Part shown: positions 19,257 through 28,637 of the stretch, in pieces
How positions within the stretch are numbered: the stretch's first letter is position 1
Layout of the letters: each line of letters begins with the position of its first letter
DNA from: Candidatus Anaeroferrophillacea bacterium
GTDB taxonomy: Bacteria; Desulfobacterota; Anaeroferrophillalia; Anaeroferrophillales; Anaeroferrophillaceae
Reading direction: 5' to 3'
Assembly: GCA_016933675.1 (NCBI GenBank)
Contig: JAFGAM010000075.1
Span: 7,822 to 71,821 of the forward strand
Length of the DNA: 64,000 nt
Notes under the pieces: generated by a model
What the model was told of the DNA's origin: nothing
Seen by the model: the letters and a program-made list of their open reading frames with translations, nothing else
Databases searched by the model: none
Translations under genes and position numbers: made by a program

Positions 19257-20021
19257 TCAGTCACCGAACGTGCCGCCCAGGTAGGCTTCCCGCACCCGGA
19301 CGTCGGCCTGGATCTCCGCCGGCGTCCCGGCAGCCAGGAGACCGCCCTGGTGCAGCACGAAGATGCGCGCGGCGACGGAAAACACCACGTTCATGTCGTG
19401 CTCGGTAAGGAAGAAGGTGGTGCCGAAACGGTCCGCCAGCTCCTTGATGAGACGGATCATCCGCGCCGTTTCCTCGCGGTTCATCCCGGCGGTGGGCTCG
19501 TCCAGCAGCACCAGTTTCGGCTCCCGCGAAAGCACGATGGCAATCTCCAGCAGCCGTTTGTCGCCGTAAGCCAGTTCACTCGCCGTCCGGTGGGCGTAAC
19601 GCCCCAGTCCCACCTGTTCCAGTGTCTCCGCCGCCAGGCGGTACAGCTCCCGTTCGCTCCGCAGCGGCCGCAGGAAGGAAAAACCGCGGCGGTGGTGCAG
19701 AAGCAACGGCACGAGAACGTTCTCGGTCACCGTGAGGTCGGGAAAGATGTTGGTGATCTGGAACGAGCGCAGGAGGCCCCGGGGTACCAGGCGGTGGGCC
19801 GGCATACCGGTGATCTCCCGGCCGGCGAACCAGATCCTTCCCCTGGTCGGCGGGAAACGCCCCGATACCAGGTTGTAGAAGGTGGTTTTACCGGCACCGT
19901 TGGGCCCGATGAGCGCCGTCAGTTCGCCGGCCGGCACCTCCAGCGAGATGTCGTTGATCACCTGGAACGTACCATACGCGTGGCCCACATGGTCGATCTT
20001 GAGGATCGGCGGGGCGGTCAT
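19257..20021 (-). CDS. livG: ABC transporter ATPase (LivG-like)
   Basis: GPNGAGKTT, RSFQITNIF, LAYGDKRLLEIA, LLDEPTAGM, EHDM, VREAYLG. Confidence 0.88.
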   Translation of the reverse strand: MTAPPILKIDHVGHAYGTFQVINDISLEVPAGELTALIGPNGAGKTTFYNLVSGRFPPTRGRIWFAGREITGMPAHRLVPRGLLRSFQITNIFPDLTVTENVLVPLLLHHRRGFSFLRPLRSERELYRLAAETLEQVGLGRYAHRTASELAYGDKRLLEIAIVLSREPKLVLLDEPTAGMNREETARMIRLIKELADRFGTTFFLTEHDMNVVFSVAARIFVLHQGGLLAAGTPAEIQADVRVREAYLGGTFGD

Positions 20022-20995
20022 GACCGCCCTCCTTCCCGCTCACGATGCAGCCGGGCCCAGACGGTGCCGAGAATCCCCCGCGGAAAGTAAACCACCACCG
20101 GGATGAGAATCGCCCCGAGGACGATCATCCAGTTCTCGGTGACGTTGGTGATCAGCTGCTCCAGCACGAAGAAGATCGCCGCCCCGCAGGCGGGGCCGAG
20201 AAAGATGCCGGAACCGCCGAGGATGGTCATCAACACCGGGCGGGCGGAATAGCTCCAGTGCATGAAATCGGGGGTTGCCATGCAGTTGAACAGGCAGAAA
20301 AGGCCGCCGGCAAGCCCCGCCAGCGCCCCGGCAATGGTGAAGGAAACCAGCCTGACGACGGCAACGTTAGCACCGACGAAGGCGAGCCGCTCCTTGTTCT
20401 CCCGCACCGCGCTAAGCAGCAGGCCGAAGGGCGAGCGCACCAGCCGCCAGAGCAGATACACTTCGCCAAGACTCACCGCCAGCACGAACAGGTACATATT
20501 CCGCGGCTCGGCCAGCTGGATCTCCAGACCGGCAAAGCCGAATGCCGGTACCGCGGAGACCGGCAGACCGTCGCTGCCGCCGGTGACCTCGATCCAATTA
20601 TGGGCGATGGTGTAGAGCATCATGCCGAAGCCCAGGGTAATCATGGCGAAGTAGATCTCGTCGCGCTTGACGCAGAAATAGCCGATTACCGCCGCGGCGA
20701 CGCCGCCGCCGAGAATCCCGGCGGCAAGGATAAGCCCCAGCGACGAACAGTTGTTGAGGATCAGCAACGCCGCGGCATAGGCACCGACGCCGAAGAACCC
20801 CGCCTGACCGAAGGATAGCAACCCGGTATACCCCAGCAGCAGATTGAAACTCATGGCAAAAAGCCCCATGATGAAGATTTCCGTCAGGATGATGGTCCAA
20901 TAGACCGGCATCACCAGGGGCGCTGCCGCGAGGACGAGCACCATGGCGGCGAGTCCGGCACGCAGGGCCGGCGAAGTGGATTTCCGTGCGTCCAT
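20018..20995 (-). CDS. livM: ABC transporter permease (LivM-like)
   Basis: NLLLGYTGLLSFGQAGFFG.GAY, YFAMITL, TGGSDG, SPFG, LGGSG.FLGP. Confidence 0.88.
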   Translation of the reverse strand: MDARKSTSPALRAGLAAMVLVLAAAPLVMPVYWTIILTEIFIMGLFAMSFNLLLGYTGLLSFGQAGFFGVGAYAAALLILNNCSSLGLILAAGILGGGVAAAVIGYFCVKRDEIYFAMITLGFGMMLYTIAHNWIEVTGGSDGLPVSAVPAFGFAGLEIQLAEPRNMYLFVLAVSLGEVYLLWRLVRSPFGLLLSAVRENKERLAFVGANVAVVRLVSFTIAGALAGLAGGLFCLFNCMATPDFMHWSYSARPVLMTILGGSGIFLGPACGAAIFFVLEQLITNVTENWMIVLGAILIPVVVYFPRGILGTVWARLHREREGGRS

Positions 20996-20999
20996 GATC

Positions 21000-21860
21000 C
21001 TACCCCTCCCGCCCGAAGAAACCCCGCGGCCGTACCAGCAGGACCAGCGCCAGGAGAATGAACGGCAGGGCCATCTGCGCCCGGCCGGCGAACACCGTGC
21101 CGAATGACTCCAGCAGGCCGAGCAGCAGGGCTCCGGCGAAGGCACCGGGGAAACTGCCCATGCCGCCGACGACAACGACGATGAAACTCTCGATGATAAT
21201 GCGCTCGCCCATGGACGGTGCCAGACTCTGGTGCGGCGCCGCCAGCGCCCCGCCGATGGCGGCGAGCCAGGTACCGAGGGCGAAGACGGCGGTAAACAGC
21301 GCCGGTACCCGGATACCGACCCCGGCGGCCATCTCGCGATCCGCCGCCGCGGCGCGAACTACCCGGCCCCAGCGGGTGAAGTGGAAGAAACTCCATAACG
21401 CCCCGCCGATCACCGGGCCGGCAGCCACCAGGAAGAGCCGGTAGACCGGGTAGGAATGGAAGAACAGCGGCACCGTACCGGCAAGCAGCGCCGGAGCCTC
21501 CACCACGTGGTAACCCGGCCCCCAGACGAGGCGCACGGCATCGTCCAGCACCAGCAGAATGGCGAAGGTCAGCAGCAGCTGGAAGGTGATGTCACGGCCG
21601 TAGACCCGCCGCAGCAACAGACGTTCGACGATGACACCGAGCAGCGCCACCAACATCGGACCGACGAGGATGCCGATCCAGAATGACGGTACCACGTGCA
21701 TGATCTGCATGCACAGATAGGCACCGAGCATGAAGAACGACCCATGGGCGAAGTTCAGCACGCCGAGAACACCGAAGACGGTGGTGAGCCCCACGGAGAT
21801 GAGGAACAGCAGCATGCCCCAGCTCAGGCCGTTGAGCAGATTGGCGATGAAGGTTTCCAA
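21000..21860 (-). CDS. livH: ABC transporter permease (LivH-like)
   Basis: NGLS.G...FL...GLT.VFGVL.V.NFAHG.FFMLGAY, VVVGGMGS; probable TTG start. Confidence 0.88.
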   Translation of the reverse strand: METFIANLLNGLSWGMLLFLISVGLTTVFGVLGVLNFAHGSFFMLGAYLCMQIMHVVPSFWIGILVGPMLVALLGVIVERLLLRRVYGRDITFQLLLTFAILLVLDDAVRLVWGPGYHVVEAPALLAGTVPLFFHSYPVYRLFLVAAGPVIGGALWSFFHFTRWGRVVRAAAADREMAAGVGIRVPALFTAVFALGTWLAAIGGALAAPHQSLAPSMGERIIIESFIVVVVGGMGSFPGAFAGALLLGLLESFGTVFAGRAQMALPFILLALVLLVRPRGFFGREG

Positions 21861-21906
21861 AACAACGTCCCCTGAAATGGAAATGAAAACAACGTCCCAC
21901 GAAATG
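21859..21906. repeat. 21-bp direct repeat, 27-bp period, covering the livH translation start region
   Basis: AAAACAACGTCCCCTGAAATG (21859-21879) / AAAACAACGTCCCACGAAATG (21886-21906), 19/21. Confidence 0.8.
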
Positions 21907-22011
21907 CATGAAACGGTCCCGCCGCCCGGCGCCGAAGGGGGGACGACGGCATCCGGGCGGCGAGACCCTGGAACTTCCTCACCTGTCAATCAGGCTACAT
22001 GGATCCATACG

Positions 22012-23235
22012 TCACTTCATGGTGCAGCCGGTATCGCTGGCCGGCGGGGTGATGTCGACCCCCCGGAAGATCTGCATCGGCTTCAGAATGCGGATGGGAT
22101 ACGCCGGATCGGCTGCGGTTTTACCCCAGCAGGCATCGGTCACCGCCTGGTGATCTTCGGGCCGGATGGTGATGGTACCCACCGGCAGTTCCACCGTCAA
22201 TCCTTCGAGGGCGGTAACGACGGCATCCTTGTCGACGGTTTTCGCTTTCTCCACCGCCGCCTTGTAGGTCAGCAGCGCGCCGTAGGCACCGTGAGCGTTG
22301 TAGGACGGATACTCACCAAAACGGCCGTGATAATTTTTGACAAAGTCCCGGTTCAACGCCGAATCGTTGGCCAGGAACCAGTAGCGGGAGCCGACCCACA
22401 GCCCTTCGGGCATCTTGTCTCCCAGGGCGCTGAGCACCTCGGTGGCCGCACCGAGGGTCACGAGGACTTCATAATCGCCGTTGAAGAAACCCATCTCGGC
22501 CCCCTGGCGCACGAAATCGATGAGGTTGCCGCCCCAGAGGGAGATCAGCACACCGTCCGGCTTCGTCTGCATGATCTTGGTGATGTAGGCGCTGAAGTCG
22601 GTGGTCTTGAAAGGCGGAAAGGCGATCTGGTCCTTGGGCAAAAACTTCGCCCCGGGCTCGATTTCGGCTAGATATTTTTGGAAATATTCCCAGCTCTGGT
22701 GGCCGAAAGCATAGTCCGGACCCACCGTGGTCCAGGTTCTGGCATCGGTCCGGGCCGCCAGCAGGGCGGCGGTCTTGACATTCTGGGCCAGATTCAGGGA
22801 GATGCGGAAGGTGTAGCGGTTGCAGACAGTGCCGGTGACATCGGGGGTGGCTGCATGGGTGATGATCAGCGGGGTTTTCAGCTGGGCGATGGAGGGTACG
22901 ACCGACTTGGCGACGCCGCTGGAATCCAGGCCGATGAGGCAGTCAACCTTCTCCTGATAGACCAGCTTGCGGATGGCGCGCATGGCGACATCGGGCTTGC
23001 CGGTGGAATCTTCGAAACATGCCTCCACCGGACGGCCGAGAATGCCGCCGGCCTTGTTGATCTCGTCGATGGCCAGCTCGGCCCCCTTCTTGGCGAACTG
23101 TCCGTAGGTGGCGAAGGGCCCGGACATGATGTAGACGAAACCGATCTTCACCGGTTCCGCCGCCGTCGCCGGCGCCGCCGGCAGCAGGCCGGCCAGCATC
23201 AGGATCACCGTCAAAATGGCAAAAAATCTTTTCAT
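22012..23235 (-). CDS. ABC transporter periplasmic substrate-binding protein (LivJ/peripla_BP_6 family)
   Basis: Signal peptide MKRFFAILTVILMLAGLLPAAPATA, VKIG...MSG.FA.YG, EIN..GGILGR, DYAFG; AGGAGG RBS. Confidence 0.9.
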   Translation of the reverse strand: MKRFFAILTVILMLAGLLPAAPATAAEPVKIGFVYIMSGPFATYGQFAKKGAELAIDEINKAGGILGRPVEACFEDSTGKPDVAMRAIRKLVYQEKVDCLIGLDSSGVAKSVVPSIAQLKTPLIITHAATPDVTGTVCNRYTFRISLNLAQNVKTAALLAARTDARTWTTVGPDYAFGHQSWEYFQKYLAEIEPGAKFLPKDQIAFPPFKTTDFSAYITKIMQTKPDGVLISLWGGNLIDFVRQGAEMGFFNGDYEVLVTLGAATEVLSALGDKMPEGLWVGSRYWFLANDSALNRDFVKNYHGRFGEYPSYNAHGAYGALLTYKAAVEKAKTVDKDAVVTALEGLTVELPVGTITIRPEDHQAVTDACWGKTAADPAYPIRILKPMQIFRGVDITPPASDTGCTMK

Positions 23236-23306
23236 TGCGCGTACCTCCTCCTTGTTTGCCGTTATATTGCCGGGCGGACACGTTTGGCCACCGTCACCCC
23301 GGAAAT

Positions 23307-23855
23307 TCAAAAAGTCGGCGGTGAGATGACCCAGATCAGTACCGTGTCCACCGCACCGCGGTTTTCATAGCCGTGCTGATGTGAGGAATTGAAGTAGAAG
23401 GAATCCCCCGCCTCGAGGTGATATTCCCGCCCGTCGACGGTCAACTCCAGCGCGCCTTCGAGTACCAGCCCCCACTCCTCACCATGGTGGCAGTACTCCC
23501 CTTCGCTGCCGGATCCGGGACGCACCACCTTGTACAGCGGCTGCATCGACTTGCGCTTGACATTGCGGGCCAGCAACTGGCTGTAGACTTCGGCACGGGG
23601 AAACCTGAACTCCACCCGGTCGGCACGCCGGGTAACCACCTGTTCCTCCACCGCCGGGTTGTCCTGGATGAGGTCGATGATGCTGACCTCCAGGGCATTG
23701 GCGATCTTCTTCAGTGAAGCGATGGACGGACTCGCCAGGCTGCGTTCCACCTGGGACAGAAAAACATCACTGCAGCCCGCCAGTTCCGCCACCTTCCTGA
23801 GCGTGAGCCCTTGCTGTTTTCGCAGTGCCCTGATACGCCGGCCCAACTGCTCCAT
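23307..23855 (-). CDS. XRE-family HTH plus cupin transcriptional regulator (PuuR-like)
   Basis: LGRRIRALRK..GLTL..VA, LSQVER..ASPS, H.GEE, GDSFYF.S...H.Y.N, W..PPTF. Confidence 0.9.
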   Translation of the reverse strand: MEQLGRRIRALRKQQGLTLRKVAELAGCSDVFLSQVERSLASPSIASLKKIANALEVSIIDLIQDNPAVEEQVVTRRADRVEFRFPRAEVYSQLLARNVKRKSMQPLYKVVRPGSGSEGEYCHHGEEWGLVLEGALELTVDGREYHLEAGDSFYFNSSHQHGYENRGAVDTVLIWVISPPTF

Positions 23856-24055
23856 CAACCCCGCTCCGGCACCCGGCCGGCCCCGGGGCCGGCATTGTCA
23901 GTAAAGGTATACTTCGCATGACAAAGCATGACCTTGCAAAGTAGAACCTCATAAAACATAATTATATTTAATGTCAAGTAAATTTCCGCATCCCGCGCAA
24001 TGATGAAACCAGATCTTGATGGAACCGCGACAACTGCCAGAACGTGCCGAAAATA

Positions 24056-24170
24056 GACGGCACCGTACATACTCCATAACCGGTTACGAAAATTGGCAAA
24101 GGCGTCGGCTCTGGCCGTATAGACCCGGCAGGCGGCACAATGCAGAAGATGGAGTTGTTACGCAACCGGC
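24056..24170. repeat. reverse-oriented degenerate copy of dispersed repeat family
   Basis: 24056-24068 = reverse complement of 17467-17479; 24145-24162 = reverse complement of 19037-19054 (17/18). Confidence 0.55.
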
Positions 24171-24333
24171 ATTCATGATATGTAGCAACAGCATATGGCC
24201 GGGGATGCATGCCGGGTCCCCGCATTCCGCCGGTCCCGCCGGCCGGCGGGAGAAACCGCCCCCGAAACCGTCCCGTAACATTTTCACCGGTACCGGACCG
24301 GAAAAAACCGGCATTCGACCAGAGGAAAACCAC

Positions 24334-24858
24334 ATGGATCGCATAATGATCTTCGTCGACGAATCCAACGCCACCGGCGCGGCCCAGGAATACGGTCGCA
24401 ATCTTGACTGGGAGGTATTGCGGCAGCATATCCTCGCAAGCTTTTCCGCACCCCGGCTGGTGGAGATGGTGGTCTATATCGGCCTGCCGCCGGCAGTGCC
24501 GGAACTCCAGGACCGCCGCAGCGGCAAGGAACGCTTTGCCCGCAAACTGCAGCAGCTCGGTTTCCTGGTGGTCACCAAGGACGGCGCGCCCACCGATCCC
24601 GGCCATTACAAGTCCAACGTCGACGCCCTGATGGCCATCGACGCCATGGACCTGTCCACCGACATCATGCCCGACTGGGTGGTGCTGGTCACCGGTGACG
24701 GCGACTTCGCCCACCTGGCCGTCACCCTGCGCCGCAAGGGAATCAAGGTGGCCGCCTGTGCCACCGGCCGGGCGCTGAGTGCCCAGCTGGAAAACGCGGT
24801 GAACAAGCGCATCCACCTGGAGGATATACTCGCCGGCATGGAGGCCTACCAGCGCTGA
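24334..24858 (+). CDS. NYN-domain (LabA/DUF88, PIN-like) protein
   Basis: IFVDESN, KSNVDALMAIDAM, LVTGDGDFA, LRRKG..V; AGAGG RBS. Confidence 0.85.
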   Translation: MDRIMIFVDESNATGAAQEYGRNLDWEVLRQHILASFSAPRLVEMVVYIGLPPAVPELQDRRSGKERFARKLQQLGFLVVTKDGAPTDPGHYKSNVDALMAIDAMDLSTDIMPDWVVLVTGDGDFAHLAVTLRRKGIKVAACATGRALSAQLENAVNKRIHLEDILAGMEAYQR

Positions 24859-24896
24859 CGGTTTCGCCGCCGCGGTATCAACGAAGGAGAACGAGA

Positions 24897-25112
24897 ATGA
24901 CCGGACAGGGTTCCGCCGGCAACGTCATCGCCGCCCTGTGCAGTTTCTTCATCCCCGGCCTCGGCCAGCTGCTGCAGGGACGGGTAATCCTCGCCGCGGT
25001 CCAGTTTGTCCTCGCCGCGGTCCTGTGGATCATCTGGCTCGGCTGGATCGTCCACCTGTGGTCGATCGTCGACGCCGCCCGCTGGCAGCCGCCGGCGTTC
25101 CCCGCCCCCTGA
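24897..25112 (+). CDS. small conserved-type membrane protein
   Basis: AALCSFFIPGLGQL.QGR signature plus hydrophobic helices; AAGGAG RBS. Confidence 0.75.
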   Translation: MTGQGSAGNVIAALCSFFIPGLGQLLQGRVILAAVQFVLAAVLWIIWLGWIVHLWSIVDAARWQPPAFPAP

Positions 25113-25206
25113 GCGGATACGTACCGGGCGATCGCGGCCATCGCCATCGGCGGCACCCCCTGCTGGCAGGCATGACATCCCTTGCAAAAGGAAACGGGAG
25201 GTCACC

Positions 25207-25746
25207 GTGAAACAGGCCATGAAACACACCGGCAAGATCGTTGCCACCATCTGCCAGACGGCCGCCAGCATGGTCGGCGGCCGACCCTATACCGTTTACC
25301 AGACCGAGGAGTATCCCGACTGGATGTTCTGTGCCTGGGGTGATACCGCCAGTGAGGCACCACCCTGCCAGTCCCGGGTACTCATCGAAGGCGAGCTGAC
25401 CGTCTTCAAGCCGTCACTCATCGCCCGCGAGATGTTTGCCGAAGCTGAACGGCCGGCAACGGCGGAACTTTTCCGCCGGCTCGAAACACCGGAAAGCATG
25501 ACCGTATCCGGCCGCCTCCGCGACTGCGAACCCCGCAACCACGCCGACGGCCGTACCATCACCATGGCGCGACTGGAAGAGATCAGGGAGCTCAACATCT
25601 TCTTCCTCTCCCGGAAGCTGATCCGGCAGGCCGAGATCTTCTGCCGGCAGGATGAACCGGTCCACATTTTCGGCAGTTTCAAGCAGTCGCCACCCCAGTA
25701 CACCATCCTGCGGATAACCCCCCGGGGCGAGCTGGAACCGGATTGA
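25207..25746 (+). CDS. hypothetical protein
   Basis: GGGAGG RBS before GTG 25207, genome-typical codon usage, abuts next gene; no recognisable family. Confidence 0.65.
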   Translation: MKQAMKHTGKIVATICQTAASMVGGRPYTVYQTEEYPDWMFCAWGDTASEAPPCQSRVLIEGELTVFKPSLIAREMFAEAERPATAELFRRLETPESMTVSGRLRDCEPRNHADGRTITMARLEEIRELNIFFLSRKLIRQAEIFCRQDEPVHIFGSFKQSPPQYTILRITPRGELEPD

Positions 25747-25748
25747 TC

Positions 25749-26633
25749 ATGCCGGGAAATATGAGGTTCAGCCCAGCTGTCAGCGCCGCCCTGTGGATGT
25801 CCGGCACGCTGGTCTCGTTTGTGGCGATGGCGGTGGGCGGCCGCGAGCTGGCGGCGGAACTGTCCACCTTCCAGATCCTTTTTTACCGCAGTCTCGTGGG
25901 ACTCATAATCAGCCTGTGGCTGCTGCGCCGCCACCAGCTGCCCCTGTTCTCCGGACATCGTTTCGGGCTTCATCTGATCCGCAATCTGGCTCATTTCGGC
26001 GGCCAGTTCGGCTGGTTTTTCGGCATCGCCGCCATCCCCCTCGCCGAGGTGTTCGCAATCGAGTTCACCGTCCCCGTCTGGACCGCGCTGATGGCGGCGC
26101 TGCTGCTGAAGGAACGGCTTACCGGGCCGCGCCTGGGAGCGGTGGCGATGGGCTTCGCCGGCATGCTGGTGATCCTGCGGCCGGGGCTCGGGGCAATCAA
26201 TCCGGCGGCGCTGGCGGTACTCGGCGGCGCCGCGGGCTACGCCCTCTCCCACACCCTCACCCGCCGGCTGGCGCGCACCGAACCACCGTTGATCATTCTC
26301 TTCTACATGACTGCCATCCAACTGCCCCTGGGCCTGCTGCCCTCCCTCACCCACTGGGCGACGCCGTCGCCGGCCCGGTGGCCCTGGGTGCTGGCCGTCG
26401 GCGTCACCGCCCTCACCGGCCACTACTGCATGACCCGGGCGCTGAAACTCGCCGACGCCACCGTGGTGGTACCGCTGGATTTTCTCCGCCTGCCGCTTAT
26501 TGCAGTGATCGGTTATTTCTGCTATCAGGAACCATTGGCCTGGTTCGTTCCCGCCGGCGCAGCGCTGATGCTTGCCGGCAACCTGCTGAGTCTCAACGCC
26601 GAACGGCGCACGGCAAGGACATCCGCGGCATGA
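25749..26633 (+). CDS. EamA/DMT family transporter
   Basis: About 10 TM helices; FQILFYRS, IPLAEV.AIEFT.P, LLKERL, VVPLDFLRLP. Confidence 0.9.
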   Translation: MPGNMRFSPAVSAALWMSGTLVSFVAMAVGGRELAAELSTFQILFYRSLVGLIISLWLLRRHQLPLFSGHRFGLHLIRNLAHFGGQFGWFFGIAAIPLAEVFAIEFTVPVWTALMAALLLKERLTGPRLGAVAMGFAGMLVILRPGLGAINPAALAVLGGAAGYALSHTLTRRLARTEPPLIILFYMTAIQLPLGLLPSLTHWATPSPARWPWVLAVGVTALTGHYCMTRALKLADATVVVPLDFLRLPLIAVIGYFCYQEPLAWFVPAGAALMLAGNLLSLNAERRTARTSAA

Positions 26634-27412
26634 TGAAACCCCCGGAAATCGGCCTCGCCCTGGGCGGCGGGGCGGTGCTCGGCGCGGCCCACATCGGCGT
26701 CCTGCGGGCGGTTGAGGAACTCGATATCCACGTCGACGGCATCGCCGGCACCAGCGTCGGCGCCTTCATCGGCACCCTCTTCGCCTTCGGCAAAGGCTGG
26801 CGCGAGATTCGCGATATCGTCACCGGACTCGACTGGATGGATATCTCCGCCGTCTCCCTCTCCCAGTACGGTCTGCTGTCCAACGGCAAACTGGGCAAAA
26901 CCATCGTCAGCCTGCTGGGCCACGCGGACATCAGCGCCGCCCGCATCCCCCTGGCAATCATCGCCACCGACATCAGCAGTGGCCGCAAGGTGGTGCTCAC
27001 CGAGGGCGACACCGCCGCGGCGGTGATGGCCAGCACCTGCATCCCCGGGGTCTATATCCCGGTGGAGATCGGCGACCGCATGCTCATCGACGGCGGCATC
27101 TCTGAAAACGTTCCCGTTTCACCACTCCGGGAGATGGGCGTCCGAACGGTCATCGGCGTCAACCTGCACGCGTTCCATTCCTTCGAACCTCCCAAACACA
27201 TCATCGACATCCTCACCAACACCGTTGTGCTGACGATGATGAACATCACCCGCCTGCAAACCGACCAGGCGGACATCCGCATCACCCCCGATCTCTCCGG
27301 CTTCAACATCATCGATACCGACCAGATTCCCGCGCTCATCGAGTGCGGCTACCGCGCCGCCCGCACGATCCTCGAGCCCCACGCCGTCGCACTGCGGAGG
27401 AACAACGAATGA
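26630..27412 (+). CDS. patatin-like phospholipase (RssA/NTE family)
   Basis: LALGGGAVLGAAHIGVL, GTSVG nucleophile, AS.CIPG, DGG; ATGA overlap with upstream gene. Confidence 0.9.
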   Translation: MMKPPEIGLALGGGAVLGAAHIGVLRAVEELDIHVDGIAGTSVGAFIGTLFAFGKGWREIRDIVTGLDWMDISAVSLSQYGLLSNGKLGKTIVSLLGHADISAARIPLAIIATDISSGRKVVLTEGDTAAAVMASTCIPGVYIPVEIGDRMLIDGGISENVPVSPLREMGVRTVIGVNLHAFHSFEPPKHIIDILTNTVVLTMMNITRLQTDQADIRITPDLSGFNIIDTDQIPALIECGYRAARTILEPHAVALRRNNE

Positions 27413-27700
27413 ATCATCCCGGCAGCATTCCGTCACTGCCCCGCCGACCGGCAATCATTGCCGCCGGCGTTATCCTGTTCCTGCTGCCGCTGTTTGCCCT
27501 CTCCGTCTGCATCGGCACACGACCCAAGCTGACCGCGGTCCGGCACTTCGACCTTCACCGCTACCTCGGCTCCGGTACGCCATGTACAGCACCGGCTGCA
27601 CGCGGGACGGCACTGACGGTGCCGTTGCATTTCGACGCCGACGGGTTATACTCATGGCCAGCACGACGCGAGATCGGATATCGGCCATTCCCGCCGGTGC
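27409..27700 (+). pseudogene. lipocalin (Blc-like) remnant
   Basis: Signal-like N-terminus then AVRHFDLHRYLGS; adding one base restores WYA (lipocalin FDLxRYLGxWY motif); remainder degraded. End approximate. Confidence 0.55.
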
Positions 27701-27800
27701 CGCCGGCCGGTATCCACGACGGCGCAGATCGACGAGTTATCATCACAACAATGAACAACCGTCCGGCGGAACGGCAGCCAACCACGGAGGGACGCGGGCA

Positions 27801-28607
27801 ATGACTGACATCATGGCGGAAACATTCGGGCGGATTTTGCGGGCAACAACGCTGCTGATCGCGACGGCAACGCTCAGCCTGGTGCCGACAACGGCGAACC
27901 CAGCCGCAGCCGCGGACTCGTGGCTGGAGAGGGGACGGCAAATCCTTGAGCAGACCGGCGGCGCGACCCACTCCGGCACTACCGCGGCGGCACCGCTGTC
28001 CACCGGTGAAATCACCGCCGGCCTGCGCGAGGCGCTGCGGGTGGGCACCGACGCGGTGGTTGCACGACTGGGGACCGTTGACGGTTTCAACGCCGACCCG
28101 CTGATCCATATCCCGTTGCCGGAAAAGCTGGAAACCGTTGCCGCCGCCATGCGGAAATTCGGTTTCGGTGGCATGGTGGACGACCTGGAACTGAAGCTCA
28201 ACCGCGCCGCCGAGGAAGCGACGCCGGCGGCGAAAGAGCTGTTTCGGCAGGCCATCGAGGAGATGACCATCGACGATGTCCAGCAGATCTATCGCGGTCC
28301 CGACGACGCCGCCACCCGCTACCTGGAAGGCAAAATGGGGCCACCGCTGGCGGAAAAGATGCGCCCGGTAATCGACAATGCCCTCGGCCGGGTGGGCGCG
28401 GTACAACTCTACGATCAGGTGATGGCCAAATACCGGCAGTTCCCGCTGGTGCCGGACGTCCGTGCCGACCTCACCGGGCATGTGGTGGACCGGGGCATGA
28501 ACGGCATCTTCGCCTGGCTCGCCCGGGAGGAAGCCGCCATCCGCACCGATCCGGTGCGCCGGACAACGGATATACTGAAACGGGTCTTTGGCGCCGGCAA
28601 ACAGTGA
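27801..28607 (+). CDS. DUF4197 family exported protein
   Basis: EI..GLREAL..GT, GF.....IPLP, LNRAAE.A.P.AK..F..AI, DDAAT.YL, EE..IR.DP..RTTDIL..VFG. Confidence 0.88.
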   Translation: MTDIMAETFGRILRATTLLIATATLSLVPTTANPAAAADSWLERGRQILEQTGGATHSGTTAAAPLSTGEITAGLREALRVGTDAVVARLGTVDGFNADPLIHIPLPEKLETVAAAMRKFGFGGMVDDLELKLNRAAEEATPAAKELFRQAIEEMTIDDVQQIYRGPDDAATRYLEGKMGPPLAEKMRPVIDNALGRVGAVQLYDQVMAKYRQFPLVPDVRADLTGHVVDRGMNGIFAWLAREEAAIRTDPVRRTTDILKRVFGAGKQ

Positions 28608-28637
28608 ATCCAAGTCGCACAGGAAAGGAATGAAGCC

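Noticed and set aside
25793-26629. Apparent 279-aa N-terminal extension of patatin
   Set aside because: Alternate frame over the EamA gene; real start is the ATGA overlap at 26630.
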